Below, piece by piece: positions 37,767 to 47,918 of a stretch of DNA of 64,000 nt. The DNA is taken from IMG/VR virus record IMGVR_UViG_2588253758_000004; one strand, given 5' to 3'. The notes below the pieces were generated by a model. The model was not told where the DNA came from. It ran no database searches and was given only the letters and a program-made list of their open reading frames with translations. How positions within the stretch are numbered: position 1 is the first letter of the stretch; every line of letters starts with the position of its first letter. The translations under genes were made by a program, and so were the position numbers. This DNA is from a virus (taxonomy: Duplodnaviria; Caudoviricetes).

Positions 37767-39308
37767 ATGAGCGAAGAACAACAACGGATATTGAAAGCAC
37801 AGCTATGGAAGATGGCGTGCGAAATGCGTGGTAATATGAATGCCAGCGACTTTATGAATTTTGGGCTTGGATTGATATTCTATAAATATCTTTCTGAACG
37901 GATCGAAATGTTTATCAACGACCAACTTCAAAATGACAACACCGATTTCAGAACAGTTTGGGCTGAGGGTAACGAGGATATAAAACAAGAGTTGCGCAAC
38001 GTAGCTATTGAAGATATTGGTTACTTCTTGGAACCTGAGTATCTCTTTTCAACACTCTCGGCAGATGCAAAGGACGGAAAATTCATCCTTGAGGCATTGG
38101 GGCAATCGTTCAAACATATTGAGGATAGCACCCTAAGTGCTGACTCTGAGGATGATTTTCAAAATCTGTTTGACGACGTAGATTTAACTTCGGCTAAACT
38201 GGGTAAAACTGCTGATGATAAGAATAAATTAATTAGCAGTTTGTTATTGGCTCTTGACGAGGTCGATTTTTGCCTGAAAGACACAGAGATTGATATCCTG
38301 GGTGATGCCTATGAGTATATGATCGGAGAGTTTGCGGCAGGGGCAGGGCAAAAAGCAGGTGAATTCTACACCCCACAGCAGGTATCGAAAGTATTGGCTC
38401 AAATAGTAACCGTTGGCAGAGAACGTGTTCGCAATGTGTATGACCCTACTTGTGGCTCTGGTTCGTTGCTTTTGAGTGTTGCAAAGGAGGGTTTCGCCGA
38501 ATTTATATACGGACAAGAGAAAAACCCGACAACATACAACCTTGCCCGAATGAATATGCTGCTTCACAACAGGCGTTACGATAAATTTGAAATACGAAGT
38601 GGCGACACCTTGGAGGATGACCAATTTGAAAACGAAGTTTTTGATGCAATCGTAGCAAATCCACCGTTCTCGGCACAATGGAGTGCTGATAGCAAATTCA
38701 ATACTGATGACCGTTTTAGCCGTGCCGGAGCGTTGGCTCCTAAAAGCAAAGCTGATTATGCCTTTATTCTGCATATGATTCACCACTTGCACGATGGAGG
38801 TACAATGGCTTGTGTTGCTCCACACGGAGTTTTGTTTCGTGGTGCTTCAGAGGGAAAAATCCGTAGATATTTGATTGAAACAAAGAACTACATAGATGCT
38901 ATTATCGGACTTCCCGCCAACTTGTTCTACGGTACATCTATACCGACTTGTATTTTAGTGCTGAAAAAGTGCCGCAAGGAGGGAGACGATGTTTTGTTTA
39001 TTGATGCTTCGAAAGGATTTGAAAAGGTCAAGACCCAAAACAAGCTTTTACCTGAACACATTGAGAAGATTGTTAATACCTATAAAAGTCGTGCTGAAAT
39101 CGAGAAATATTCTCACAAAGCAACCATTGAGGAGATTGCCGAAAATGATTTCAATCTGAATATTCCTCGCTATGTAGATACATTTGAGGAGGAAGAAGAG
39201 ATTGATATTAAGGCTGTGATGGCTGAAATCAAGACACTTGAAGCCAAACGCAGCGAATTAGATAAGCAGATAGATGTTTATTTGAAGGAGTTAGGCTTAG
39301 TCTTTTAA
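37767..39308 (+). CDS. hsdM: Type I RM methyltransferase subunit M
   Basis: GEFYTP, YDPTCGSGSLL, ANPPF, FNLNIPRYVD. Confidence 0.97.
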   Translation: MSEEQQRILKAQLWKMACEMRGNMNASDFMNFGLGLIFYKYLSERIEMFINDQLQNDNTDFRTVWAEGNEDIKQELRNVAIEDIGYFLEPEYLFSTLSADAKDGKFILEALGQSFKHIEDSTLSADSEDDFQNLFDDVDLTSAKLGKTADDKNKLISSLLLALDEVDFCLKDTEIDILGDAYEYMIGEFAAGAGQKAGEFYTPQQVSKVLAQIVTVGRERVRNVYDPTCGSGSLLLSVAKEGFAEFIYGQEKNPTTYNLARMNMLLHNRRYDKFEIRSGDTLEDDQFENEVFDAIVANPPFSAQWSADSKFNTDDRFSRAGALAPKSKADYAFILHMIHHLHDGGTMACVAPHGVLFRGASEGKIRRYLIETKNYIDAIIGLPANLFYGTSIPTCILVLKKCRKEGDDVLFIDASKGFEKVKTQNKLLPEHIEKIVNTYKSRAEIEKYSHKATIEEIAENDFNLNIPRYVDTFEEEEEIDIKAVMAEIKTLEAKRSELDKQIDVYLKELGLVF

Positions 39309-39352
39309 TACAAATCCTCAATGCTATTACAGAACGAAATACAACAACCGAG

Positions 39353-40552
39353 ATGAAGAATAATAAAAATAATAATTGCAATTTTCCAACTTTGCGATTC
39401 CCTGAGTTTGCTGGGGAGTGGGAGGAGGTGAGGTTGAAGGATATTTGTACTATCTCCAAAGGGGCTGGTATCTCAAAAGACCAATTATCAATAGACGGAA
39501 CGCCTTGCATTCTATATGGAGAGTTATACACCAAATATAAATCCGAGGTTGTCCGAGATGTCTTTAGTCGCACAAACATTTGTGATTCAAACCTTGTAAG
39601 GAGCAAGGCGAATGACGTAATTATCCCTTCTTCGGGAGAAAGTGCAGTTGATATTGCCACAGCACGCTGTATTCCTTATGATGGAGTATTACTTGGTGGC
39701 GACTTAAATATAATTAGACTGTCTGAGCAAAATGGCATTTTTTTTAGCTATCAATTGAATGGAGCGAGGAAGCGAGAAATAGCTAAAGTAGCACAGGGGG
39801 TATCAGTGGTACACCTATATGGCGAAAATCTCAAGAACCTTACGGTCTTCTATCCACTAAAAGCGGAACAGGATAAGATAGCTCGATTTTTATCCTTAAT
39901 CGACGAGCGTATCGCAACCCAAAACAAAATAATTGCCCATTTAGAATCTCTAATTAAAGGGCTTTATTCAACCACAAACAAAATTGGATGGAAGAGTTAC
40001 TTATTAAGCGAATTGATGATTGAGCGTAAAGAGTTTAATACAAAGCAATTTCCTATATATTCCGTTTCTGTTGACGTTGGACTTGTTGACCAAATTGAAC
40101 ACCTTGGAAGGTCTTTCGCTGCTAAAGACACAAGACACTACAATGTGGTAAGACCTGGTGATGTGGTGTATACTAAAAGTCCTACAGGTAGTTTTCCTTT
40201 TGGTATAGTGAAGCAAAGTTTAGTTAATCCAGCCGTAGCTGTATCACCACTTTATGGAGTCTATCAACCTAAGAGCATCCATATAGGGAGAATAATCCAA
40301 CACTATTTTGCATCTCCTATTAGAACAAACAATTATTTGCATTCCCTCATACAAAAAGGTGCTAAAAATACTATCAATATTTCCACTCAACATTTTTTAG
40401 ATAAAGCCATTCTTTTACCAAGTAGCGAAAAAGAAATAATCTCTATATCTGAACTTTTAGCGTCATACAATGATAAATGTGACCTCGAAAAGGCACTCAG
40501 AGAACATCTATTGTCTCAAAAAATGTTCTTACTACAAAAGATGTTCATATAA
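39353..40552 (+). CDS. hsdS: Type I RM specificity subunit, expressed copy (TRD1+TRD2a)
   Basis: PTLRFPEF..EW, EQDKIA.FLSLIDERI, LLQKMFI. Confidence 0.95.
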   Translation: MKNNKNNNCNFPTLRFPEFAGEWEEVRLKDICTISKGAGISKDQLSIDGTPCILYGELYTKYKSEVVRDVFSRTNICDSNLVRSKANDVIIPSSGESAVDIATARCIPYDGVLLGGDLNIIRLSEQNGIFFSYQLNGARKREIAKVAQGVSVVHLYGENLKNLTVFYPLKAEQDKIARFLSLIDERIATQNKIIAHLESLIKGLYSTTNKIGWKSYLLSELMIERKEFNTKQFPIYSVSVDVGLVDQIEHLGRSFAAKDTRHYNVVRPGDVVYTKSPTGSFPFGIVKQSLVNPAVAVSPLYGVYQPKSIHIGRIIQHYFASPIRTNNYLHSLIQKGAKNTINISTQHFLDKAILLPSSEKEIISISELLASYNDKCDLEKALREHLLSQKMFLLQKMFI

Positions 40553-41715
40553 ATAACCTTTGCAGGAGTGTTTGTTTTTGCAGATTGTATGCACTTAAAA
40601 CTTTTGTCTCAATGGTGATTTTCTCATCTACACTCTTAAGTAGATTGGCAATTTGCTTTTGCGTGTTAATAGTTGGGATGAAGATTTTCAATCGTTTTAC
40701 TTCATTTGCTGAGATTTCTGAAAAAGTTGAACCACTTGCTTTCTTTATTAATTCGGATTTTTTTGTTCGCATGAAATAAAAGAGAAATTCATAATCAACG
40801 TGAGTTGCGACAAGAGATTGAAAGCCCTGATTAGTAGTGCAAGTAGACTGACAAATAGAACATTCTCCAATGGTAGCTCTTGTCGAAAGTAAGAGGCTAT
40901 TAGGCGGCAATAATTTTGCACTTGAATTTTTTAGTCCTTTTTCGGTGATAGTCCGATTGCTGCTATTAACGTATTTTGCTCTTCCTATTTCAGAAGGTGT
41001 GAACCAATTTATATCACCACCCCAAAAGGAAGGAATGCTTGTATCAGGAGTTCCTCCACTAACAACAGAAGCAACTTCTGAGATAGTAGACTCTTCCCAT
41101 CCTGCATTATTTTCAAAGATAATTTGACTTAGCCCTTTAATTAGAGATTCTAAATGGGCAATTATTTTGTTTTGGGTTGCGATACGCTCGTCGATTAAGG
41201 ATAAAAATCGAGCTATCTTATCCTGTTCCGCTTTTAGTGGATAGAAGACCGTAAGGTTCTTGAGATTTTCGCCATATAGGTGTACCACTGATACCCCCTG
41301 TGCTACTTTAGCTATTTCTCGCTTCCTCGCTCCATTCAATTGATAGCTAAAAAAAATGCCATTTTGCTCAGACAGTCTAATTATATTTAAGTCGCCACCA
41401 AGTAATACTCCATCATAAGGAATACAGCGTGCTGTGGCAATATCAACTGCACTTTCTCCCGAAGAAGGGATAATTACGTCATTCGCCTTGCTCCTTACAA
41501 GGTTTGAATCACAAATGTTTGTGCGACTAAAGACATCTCGGACAACCTCGGATTTATATTTGGTGTATAACTCTCCATATAGAATGCAAGGCGTTCCGTC
41601 TATTGATAATTGGTCTTTTGAGATACCAGCCCCTTTGGAGATAGTACAAATATCCTTCAACCTCACCTCCTCCCACTCCCCAGCAAACTCAGGGAATCGC
41701 AAAGTTGGAAAATTG
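39379..41715. repeat. 585-bp inverted repeat (39379-39963 / 41131-41715) bounding an invertible segment 39964-41130
   Basis: Both arms translate to the same TRD1 and linker sequence; ends caattttccaac and taattaaagggct match. Confidence 0.92.
40545..41715 (-). CDS. hsdS: Silent inverted hsdS cassette (TRD1+TRD2b), no proper ATG start
   Basis: Same TRD1 as expressed copy, different TRD2 (SGGTP..TNQGF..GSTFSEIS). Confidence 0.88.
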
Positions 41716-41786
41716 ACAATCTAAAATCTCTAATCTTAATTCGTTTTTTATATATTATATGTCGAACAATATAAAATCAAAAAAAT

Positions 41787-42710
41787 ATGACACAATTACC
41801 AATTCAAGAGATTACATGCTTATGGCGTGCAGACAAAAAACAGTATGTGAAAACATCTACAATTTCTGCGTACACACTGCTAATTGAGAATCATATCCTA
41901 CCAGCCTTTGGAGAGGCTGATAGAATCAATGAGTCAGATGTGCAAGGGTTTGTTTTCGAGAAACTAAATTCAGGATTGAGCCACAAATCAATCAAAGATA
42001 TACTCATCGTTCTGAAGATGATATTAAAATTTGGAGTTAAAAATGGATATCTCGAACACACTCAAATAGATATAAAGTTTCCTACTCAACGAGACAAACA
42101 CGAAATAGAAGTTTTAAGTAGGAGTAATCACAGAAAGGTCATATCTCATATTGAGGAGAACTTTACATTTCGGAATCTTGGTATTTATATTTGTCTTTGT
42201 GCCGGAATGAGAATTGGCGAGATATGTGCATTAAAATGGGAGGATATTGATACCGAGAATGGTATCATAAGCGTCAAAAAGACCATTCAACGTGTATATA
42301 TGATTGAAGGAGAGGAACGATATACAGAACTGATTTTAGACTCGCCAAAGACCAAAAACTCTATTAGAGACATCCCTATGACAAGAGATTTATTGAAATT
42401 ATTAAAGCCACTAAAACGTATTATGAATCACAATTACTTTGTCCTTACCAATGAATCCAAACCGACCGAACCACGTACATATAGGAATTATTACAAACAA
42501 TTTATGCAAGATATTGGAGTGCCAATATTGAAATTTCATGGACTTAGACACAGCTTCGCAACTCGTTGTATAGAGAGCAAGTGCGACTATAAGACTGTTA
42601 GCGTCATATTAGGGCACTCAAACATTAGTACGACACTAAATCTTTATGTTCACCCCAATATGGAACAAAAAAAGAAATGTATAGACCAAATGGTAAAAGC
42701 ATTAAAGTAG
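41787..42710 (+). CDS. Tyrosine site-specific recombinase (probable hsdS invertase)
   Basis: GMRIGE, PKT, FHGLRHSFAT, LGHSN..TT..LY; adjacent to hsdS repeat. Confidence 0.92.
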   Translation: MTQLPIQEITCLWRADKKQYVKTSTISAYTLLIENHILPAFGEADRINESDVQGFVFEKLNSGLSHKSIKDILIVLKMILKFGVKNGYLEHTQIDIKFPTQRDKHEIEVLSRSNHRKVISHIEENFTFRNLGIYICLCAGMRIGEICALKWEDIDTENGIISVKKTIQRVYMIEGEERYTELILDSPKTKNSIRDIPMTRDLLKLLKPLKRIMNHNYFVLTNESKPTEPRTYRNYYKQFMQDIGVPILKFHGLRHSFATRCIESKCDYKTVSVILGHSNISTTLNLYVHPNMEQKKKCIDQMVKALK

Positions 42711-42715
42711 ATTTG

Positions 42716-44374
42716 TTATTGCAATTTCATTACACGATCTCCGCTACAACTATCGCTCACCCAAAGTGAACCGTTTGTAGCGGAGTTTTTTTGGACTTCC
42801 AATTCGTAAATGCGCATCTTCTTGCGAATGGTTAGCTCATCGAAGGTTGCAGAAACATTGCCTGTTGTTCGATTACGGATTATTGCCCAGCCAGCCCCTG
42901 CAAAGCCTGACGCAAAGTATTCAGAACTGAGTGAATCGAGAAAAACGGCATTGCCACAGTGCTTGATGCCACCCTCAATCGAGAGCAGGTAACTTTCGTT
43001 GCCGAAATATAGAGCGTTTGCGGTCAATCGTGTCGATGAGCCATCAATACCAATATGACCCGCAGCCTCGACAGGTTTTCCAAAGGTAATGAAGTCAGCA
43101 TCTGTGGTGATAAAGAGCGAATCGCTGTCACGGTTTAAGGGTTTGTAGATACTGGTTGATGGACGGTGCGAGAATCGTGTTTTGCAAACCACATACAGGT
43201 TTTGATTTGCCTTGCCGTACTCTGATAGCGAAGAGAATGTAATACCGTCTTTATCACCGTATAGCATAGCTCCTTTGTCCGTTCCGAAGCGCAATCGTTT
43301 GTGCATAATCATACCCTCGTCATCGCTATCGACACGGTAACTGGACAACAATTCGTCACCGTAGTTGTGGCGTACTTTGAGTGAGTCGGGAAAATATGCC
43401 GCTCCGTAGTTGGTTAGCAGGATATTGTCGCCGTCTATGTCCGATATGCCTGCAAAGAGTCTAATTTTGTTTGTCGATTCACTTCCGAGTAACAAATCTG
43501 CACCGGCAGAGCTGAGTTGTATGTCGCCATCTCCAACTCTTATCAATACAGGAACTCCATCAATCTTTATTCCATATCCGGAGCCAAACGAAAGGAAAGC
43601 ATTGGCTGAGAGTGTATCTTTGGTTGCTGTAAGTAACGGCACACCATTAAATCCAAGCTCAAAACCATTGAGAGCACGAAACAAACCTCCAACCGTTGCT
43701 TTTTTTGCAACAGTTAGTGAATCTGAGACAGTGGCATTTTGCATCGACCAATCGACTGTTGACAGGTTCGCATTTCCCTTGTGCCATACATCGTGCCCAT
43801 TAATCTGAATAGTCGATGTAGAGATGAAAACACAATTTGCTTTGTCTGGTCCAAAAACTATTTCGCCACTGCTTTTGATAGCTGCACCTGCTAAATCAAA
43901 GATTTCAGCATCAACGTTAGCTGTTCCTGTGACGGAGTTATATCTCAACAACTGCCTACCACCAATATAAAGACTCTCGCCTCCAATGCGAACATCACCA
44001 TAAAGGCGAGTTCCATATCGCTCATCCTCATAGTAGGTTTCAATCAGACGTGTATTACCGATACCAGCTTCAAACCCATAATTCGCCCGAAACATGCCAG
44101 ACATATCGCCACCAGACTTTTTCAGATAATCAATCAGCACCCCTCCGCCACCAGAACCACCACCTTCGACAGCTCCGGCAATCGCATCAGCAAATCCATA
44201 AGCGGTGTTCCGTAGGCGTATCGAGGTATCATCGCCTTCTGAAATGCCATACGGATTATCGGGACTCTTCTTATCCTGAGCATTGAAAAAGTTGTTGTAT
44301 AACTGGGAATATATCGAATAGCATAATGAGTCTCTGTCTAACTCGCCAATGCCGGGCAGTAGTTGCAGGCTCAT
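42716..44374 (-). CDS. Tail/baseplate structural protein (start revised to MSLQL, ATGA overlap)
   Basis: YLKKSGGDMSG; C-terminal FASGFAG.GW..TFDELTIRKKMRIYELEVQK motif of Bacteroidetes phage tail proteins. Confidence 0.7.
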   Translation of the reverse strand: MSLQLLPGIGELDRDSLCYSIYSQLYNNFFNAQDKKSPDNPYGISEGDDTSIRLRNTAYGFADAIAGAVEGGGSGGGGVLIDYLKKSGGDMSGMFRANYGFEAGIGNTRLIETYYEDERYGTRLYGDVRIGGESLYIGGRQLLRYNSVTGTANVDAEIFDLAGAAIKSSGEIVFGPDKANCVFISTSTIQINGHDVWHKGNANLSTVDWSMQNATVSDSLTVAKKATVGGLFRALNGFELGFNGVPLLTATKDTLSANAFLSFGSGYGIKIDGVPVLIRVGDGDIQLSSAGADLLLGSESTNKIRLFAGISDIDGDNILLTNYGAAYFPDSLKVRHNYGDELLSSYRVDSDDEGMIMHKRLRFGTDKGAMLYGDKDGITFSSLSEYGKANQNLYVVCKTRFSHRPSTSIYKPLNRDSDSLFITTDADFITFGKPVEAAGHIGIDGSSTRLTANALYFGNESYLLSIEGGIKHCGNAVFLDSLSSEYFASGFAGAGWAIIRNRTTGNVSATFDELTIRKKMRIYELEVQKNSATNGSLWVSDSCSGDRVMKLQ

Positions 44375-45246
44375 TTGGTATAAGATGTTTTGGATAAGAA
44401 TTTTTGAATCTTTGAAGCGAGCGAAGGGAAGTTTGGACAGTTGATTGCAGGCATCGTCCCCATCAATGTCGGGGTCATAATTTTTGAGCACTCTGTGATG
44501 AATTCGAGCATCAATTGAGCCAACTCATTACCCAATACCAACGGTTCGGTAGCATTTTCATCGCCAAGTGTAACCTTATTGTCCGCCAACACAATGGTCG
44601 TACGGTTTACCTTTTGCTGTATTTTATCTTTGGATTGATTGACTTCTGATTTATCAACCTTGTGAGTAATAGTTTCGGCAACTACTGTGATTGTTGCCTC
44701 TTTATCGTTCTTATTCTTTACAGAAGTCAGAACCTGCTCTGCTGTGTATTTGGTCGTTGCCTGATTTCCGGTAGGCTCCAATTCATCATAGTCGGGAGAA
44801 TCATTACTCTCAGGGTCTAACTCTTCGGTTTCGACGACACCTACAACGGTCTCTTTATGAGCGTGAATTTGGATGAAATCGGCGTGGGAGAAGTTGACCA
44901 CATAGCTATATCTGGTAGCTGCATCGCTAACGATGGTCACATCCGAGAACAGAGTCGGAATAATCAGAAAACCACCTGCATTGTCTTTAGCCCCGGCAAG
45001 TAGCACGCCTTTATGGATAAATGGCTCTGTGCTGGCAGTCTCATCGGGAAACTCTCCCACGTCAATTGTGCCACAAAACTCATCACTTGGATCATCATTA
45101 ATTTTGGCAACATACCCGTGAATCAATCGTGCCGTTCCCACACCGCCCGTTCCTGATGGCGACATATTCACACGGTCAATACTACGTCCCAGAGCAATCT
45201 TACGGATTGCCTCGCTTATCATCCGTCCACTATTTGCTGAATCCAT
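44371..45246 (-). CDS. Baseplate spike (gpV/gp5-like)
   Basis: OB-like N-terminus, beta-rich middle, EPLVLGNEL..L.EFI C-terminus. Confidence 0.65.
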   Translation of the reverse strand: MDSANSGRMISEAIRKIALGRSIDRVNMSPSGTGGVGTARLIHGYVAKINDDPSDEFCGTIDVGEFPDETASTEPFIHKGVLLAGAKDNAGGFLIIPTLFSDVTIVSDAATRYSYVVNFSHADFIQIHAHKETVVGVVETEELDPESNDSPDYDELEPTGNQATTKYTAEQVLTSVKNKNDKEATITVVAETITHKVDKSEVNQSKDKIQQKVNRTTIVLADNKVTLGDENATEPLVLGNELAQLMLEFITECSKIMTPTLMGTMPAINCPNFPSLASKIQKFLSKTSYTK

Positions 45247-45261
45247 ACTATGCTTTTGGTA

Positions 45262-45293
45262 AAGAATAGTGCGAATTGGTTGAAATGGATTAT
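45262..45293 (-). promoter_or_regulatory. Putative phage-sigma late promoter (copy 5, one mismatch)
   Basis: ATAATCC-N17-CTATTCTT upstream of spike gene. Confidence 0.62.
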
Positions 45294-45423
45294 CTTTGCT
45301 ATGCTACTCTTTGTGTTGCCGCGTCATTATTATTTTGATGTAAGTCAATTATTTTCAACAAAAAACATCAAAAATCAAAGAATACCCATTATATTTGCAT
45401 ATTATTTGGAAAGGAATTGTTTT

Positions 45424-45903
45424 ATGAACAATATTAACGACATAGTAGACTATATCATCTCTAAGGTTAAGTCAGAAGATGATTCTGCATCTTTGATTAA
45501 TTTAAAGTTGCAGAAACTATTGTATTATATTCAGGCTTGGTCATATGGTATTAATGGGAAAGCTATGTTTGAAGGCGAATTTCAAGCGTGGGTTCATGGC
45601 CCTGTAAATAGAGAAATATATGATAGATTCAATCCAACCAAGTATTTATATTCCGAAATAAATCTGGAAGATAGAATAAAAACTGATGTGAAAATAGATG
45701 AAGAAACTGCTGAATTCATTGATTTTATCTTGGAAAATTATCTTAAATATAGCGGTGCCGAACTAGAACGTCTTTCGCATTCTGAGTTACCTTGGATTCA
45801 AACAAGAGGTAAGATAGGAGCATATGATAGGTGTGAAGAATGTATCTCTGAGGAATTATTAATTAGTTATTATGGCTCCAAGTGGAAAGAGATTAACTCA
45901 TAA
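45424..45903 (+). CDS. Panacea-domain (DUF4065/SocA/GepA) antitoxin (start revised to MNNIND)
   Basis: NLKLQKLLYY.Q, FQAWVHGPV, LSHSELPW; -7 box TATATTTG at 45390-45397. Confidence 0.9.
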   Translation: MNNINDIVDYIISKVKSEDDSASLINLKLQKLLYYIQAWSYGINGKAMFEGEFQAWVHGPVNREIYDRFNPTKYLYSEINLEDRIKTDVKIDEETAEFIDFILENYLKYSGAELERLSHSELPWIQTRGKIGAYDRCEECISEELLISYYGSKWKEINS

Positions 45904-46609
45904 TATTGCCAAATATGGCAATTCATTAATCAATAAAGAACAAGAAAAAGCAATAAGGGAGACCAATATTGCTTTTTCTTTTGAATATTATAAAGAGATA
46001 GATTTATTTGGTGTTGGACATTGTGATGCAAAATGGCATATAAGCATATATGATAGGCTGGCATCATTATCATGTTTGACACCCAAAGACATATTGGAGG
46101 ATGGAAGGTACAAAGAAACTCTTAAATGTCATGCGATTGATTGGTCTGCAAAAAACATTCCCATTGAAAAAAAATCTCTAAATTGGCTCCCTCATCACGT
46201 ATTGGATGGTGACGAATTTCCAATTATGCAACTGTCAATATCTAAAGGAACAGGAAGAATTATTGGCTTTTTTGACAAAGACTCATTTGTGTTTAATATA
46301 ATACTATTTGATCCAAATCATAATTTACAACCTTCAAACTATAGTGACTATAAAATGAGGCCAACCCTAATTGGCACATCTCAATATGACGACCTTCTAG
46401 GAAAGCTTATTGTTATCAGAGATGAGATGAGTAAATGCCCCCAAACATCTTGTATTCTCAACGCTCACATAGATAATATTGAAAACACACACAACATAAT
46501 ATATGTAGGACTCGATGCAGACTTCTATGAACAATATATTGAGATAATTAAGACTCATTCCTTGAGGGATATTGTTGAAGAAGGAATTTTCAAATTTATG
46601 ACTGAGTAA
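45872..46609 (+). CDS. Putative toxin (RelE-like RNase fold suspected) paired with Panacea antitoxin
   Basis: Overlaps antitoxin; FSFEY, H.IDW, GRIIGF..F.IILFDPNH.L.P motif. Confidence 0.6.
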   Translation: MAPSGKRLTHNIAKYGNSLINKEQEKAIRETNIAFSFEYYKEIDLFGVGHCDAKWHISIYDRLASLSCLTPKDILEDGRYKETLKCHAIDWSAKNIPIEKKSLNWLPHHVLDGDEFPIMQLSISKGTGRIIGFFDKDSFVFNIILFDPNHNLQPSNYSDYKMRPTLIGTSQYDDLLGKLIVIRDEMSKCPQTSCILNAHIDNIENTHNIIYVGLDADFYEQYIEIIKTHSLRDIVEEGIFKFMTE

Positions 46610-47915
46610 ATTTAGCTTTATACGGCACAGTGATTTTCTGCCTATACCCATTTGTCCCAAAGGTGGTTGTTACTTCATCAATGATATAAACTCCGTTCTT
46701 TGACGGGTTACGTGTGTCGATGAGTTCCACTTGCACGGCGGTGTTTAGAGCTAAATCGCCGAAGATGGTGACAGAGCCGGTGATGCCGTTCAGGTTGTAG
46801 TTCTTGAAGTATTCGATGGTCTCCTCGACCAACTTGTCAGAGTCTATATTCATATTGGGCGACATATAGGGAGCAATGGTGTAGGTGCTCAAATCAACCT
46901 TGGTCTTTGTTGCTGCTCCCTCTGCGGTGGTGTTGCCGGTAACCTTGTGTGTCTTCTTACTGATTTGGGTTGCGTTTACCGTCTGAAACTCTTTGCTGCC
47001 TACTACGGTCGGGTCGTACTCCGGATTTAGTCGAACTGTTACCTCGAAAAACTTCTCATCAGCTCCCAATGCTTTGCCGGTGACGGCAAGAAACTTCGGG
47101 TCGGTCTTGATCACTTTCAAATCGCTCTGGGCAACGTGGTAATCAAATAGAATTTTAAACGGTTTTGCTTCACTGTCTTGTGGGAAAGTAGGTTGGCTTT
47201 TACTGGACGAGTAAGGGCGACCAATAGCAATCGTCGGCATATTGTTTGGGCTGTTCTCGTCATACTTCAGGAAGCAATAGACCTTATATTTAGACCATTC
47301 TGAGAGAATATCAGCCACCGTAAAATTGTCGGTAATCTTGACTTTGCCGATTTGAATATCAAAACGCTTGGTCTCCGAGTGAACCTCAAAACCGGTGTCT
47401 TTCAATAACCCGTATTTCTCGCCCAGAATATCATTTACCTTGCAAGTCTTCGTAGTTTCAAACTTTGGAGCCTGCTTTAGTTTGAGTTTGTAAGCCATAT
47501 TTTCGCACTGAATCTCAAACTGACTATCGGAATTGTACGCCGTGATATAGCCATCAAACATATTTTTGAGCACACCGTTGTAACCCAGTTTGATATTTAC
47601 CCGCTGCCCGATGGTGAACGTGGTTGCATCCATAGCTTGCTGAGAGGTGCGCTTTTCGATGATTACGCCGTCCTCCATAATCTCAGTGGTTACACGCTTG
47701 GCATCTTTGCCCTCGATGGTGGCATTGCCAATAACGGTGCTCTGAAACACCGTCCCTTTCGGGAAGGTTATCTTTGCCGTGCCTATCAGCTTTTTATAGC
47801 TCTCGTCAATCTCAATTTCCTGCACTTCGGTTAGCACAATGGGGTTGTTGATAGCTATCGGATTGGCAGGGTCAGCATCGCCAATCGTTATTTTACAGGT
47901 CAGTATGTCAATCAT
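46596..47915 (-). CDS. Baseplate hub (P2 gpD/Mu gp44-like)
   Basis: TAKITFP, GQRVNIKLGY..FDGYI, GSVTIFG, GVYIIDEV...FG..GYRQKI. Confidence 0.75.
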   Translation of the reverse strand: MIDILTCKITIGDADPANPIAINNPIVLTEVQEIEIDESYKKLIGTAKITFPKGTVFQSTVIGNATIEGKDAKRVTTEIMEDGVIIEKRTSQQAMDATTFTIGQRVNIKLGYNGVLKNMFDGYITAYNSDSQFEIQCENMAYKLKLKQAPKFETTKTCKVNDILGEKYGLLKDTGFEVHSETKRFDIQIGKVKITDNFTVADILSEWSKYKVYCFLKYDENSPNNMPTIAIGRPYSSSKSQPTFPQDSEAKPFKILFDYHVAQSDLKVIKTDPKFLAVTGKALGADEKFFEVTVRLNPEYDPTVVGSKEFQTVNATQISKKTHKVTGNTTAEGAATKTKVDLSTYTIAPYMSPNMNIDSDKLVEETIEYFKNYNLNGITGSVTIFGDLALNTAVQVELIDTRNPSKNGVYIIDEVTTTFGTNGYRQKITVPYKAKFTQS

Positions 47916-47918
47916 TGC

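Noticed and set aside
41787-42710. Tyrosine recombinase as the prophage integrase
   Set aside because: It lies mid tail operon next to the hsdS inverted repeat with no att-like boundary seen; better explained as the invertase
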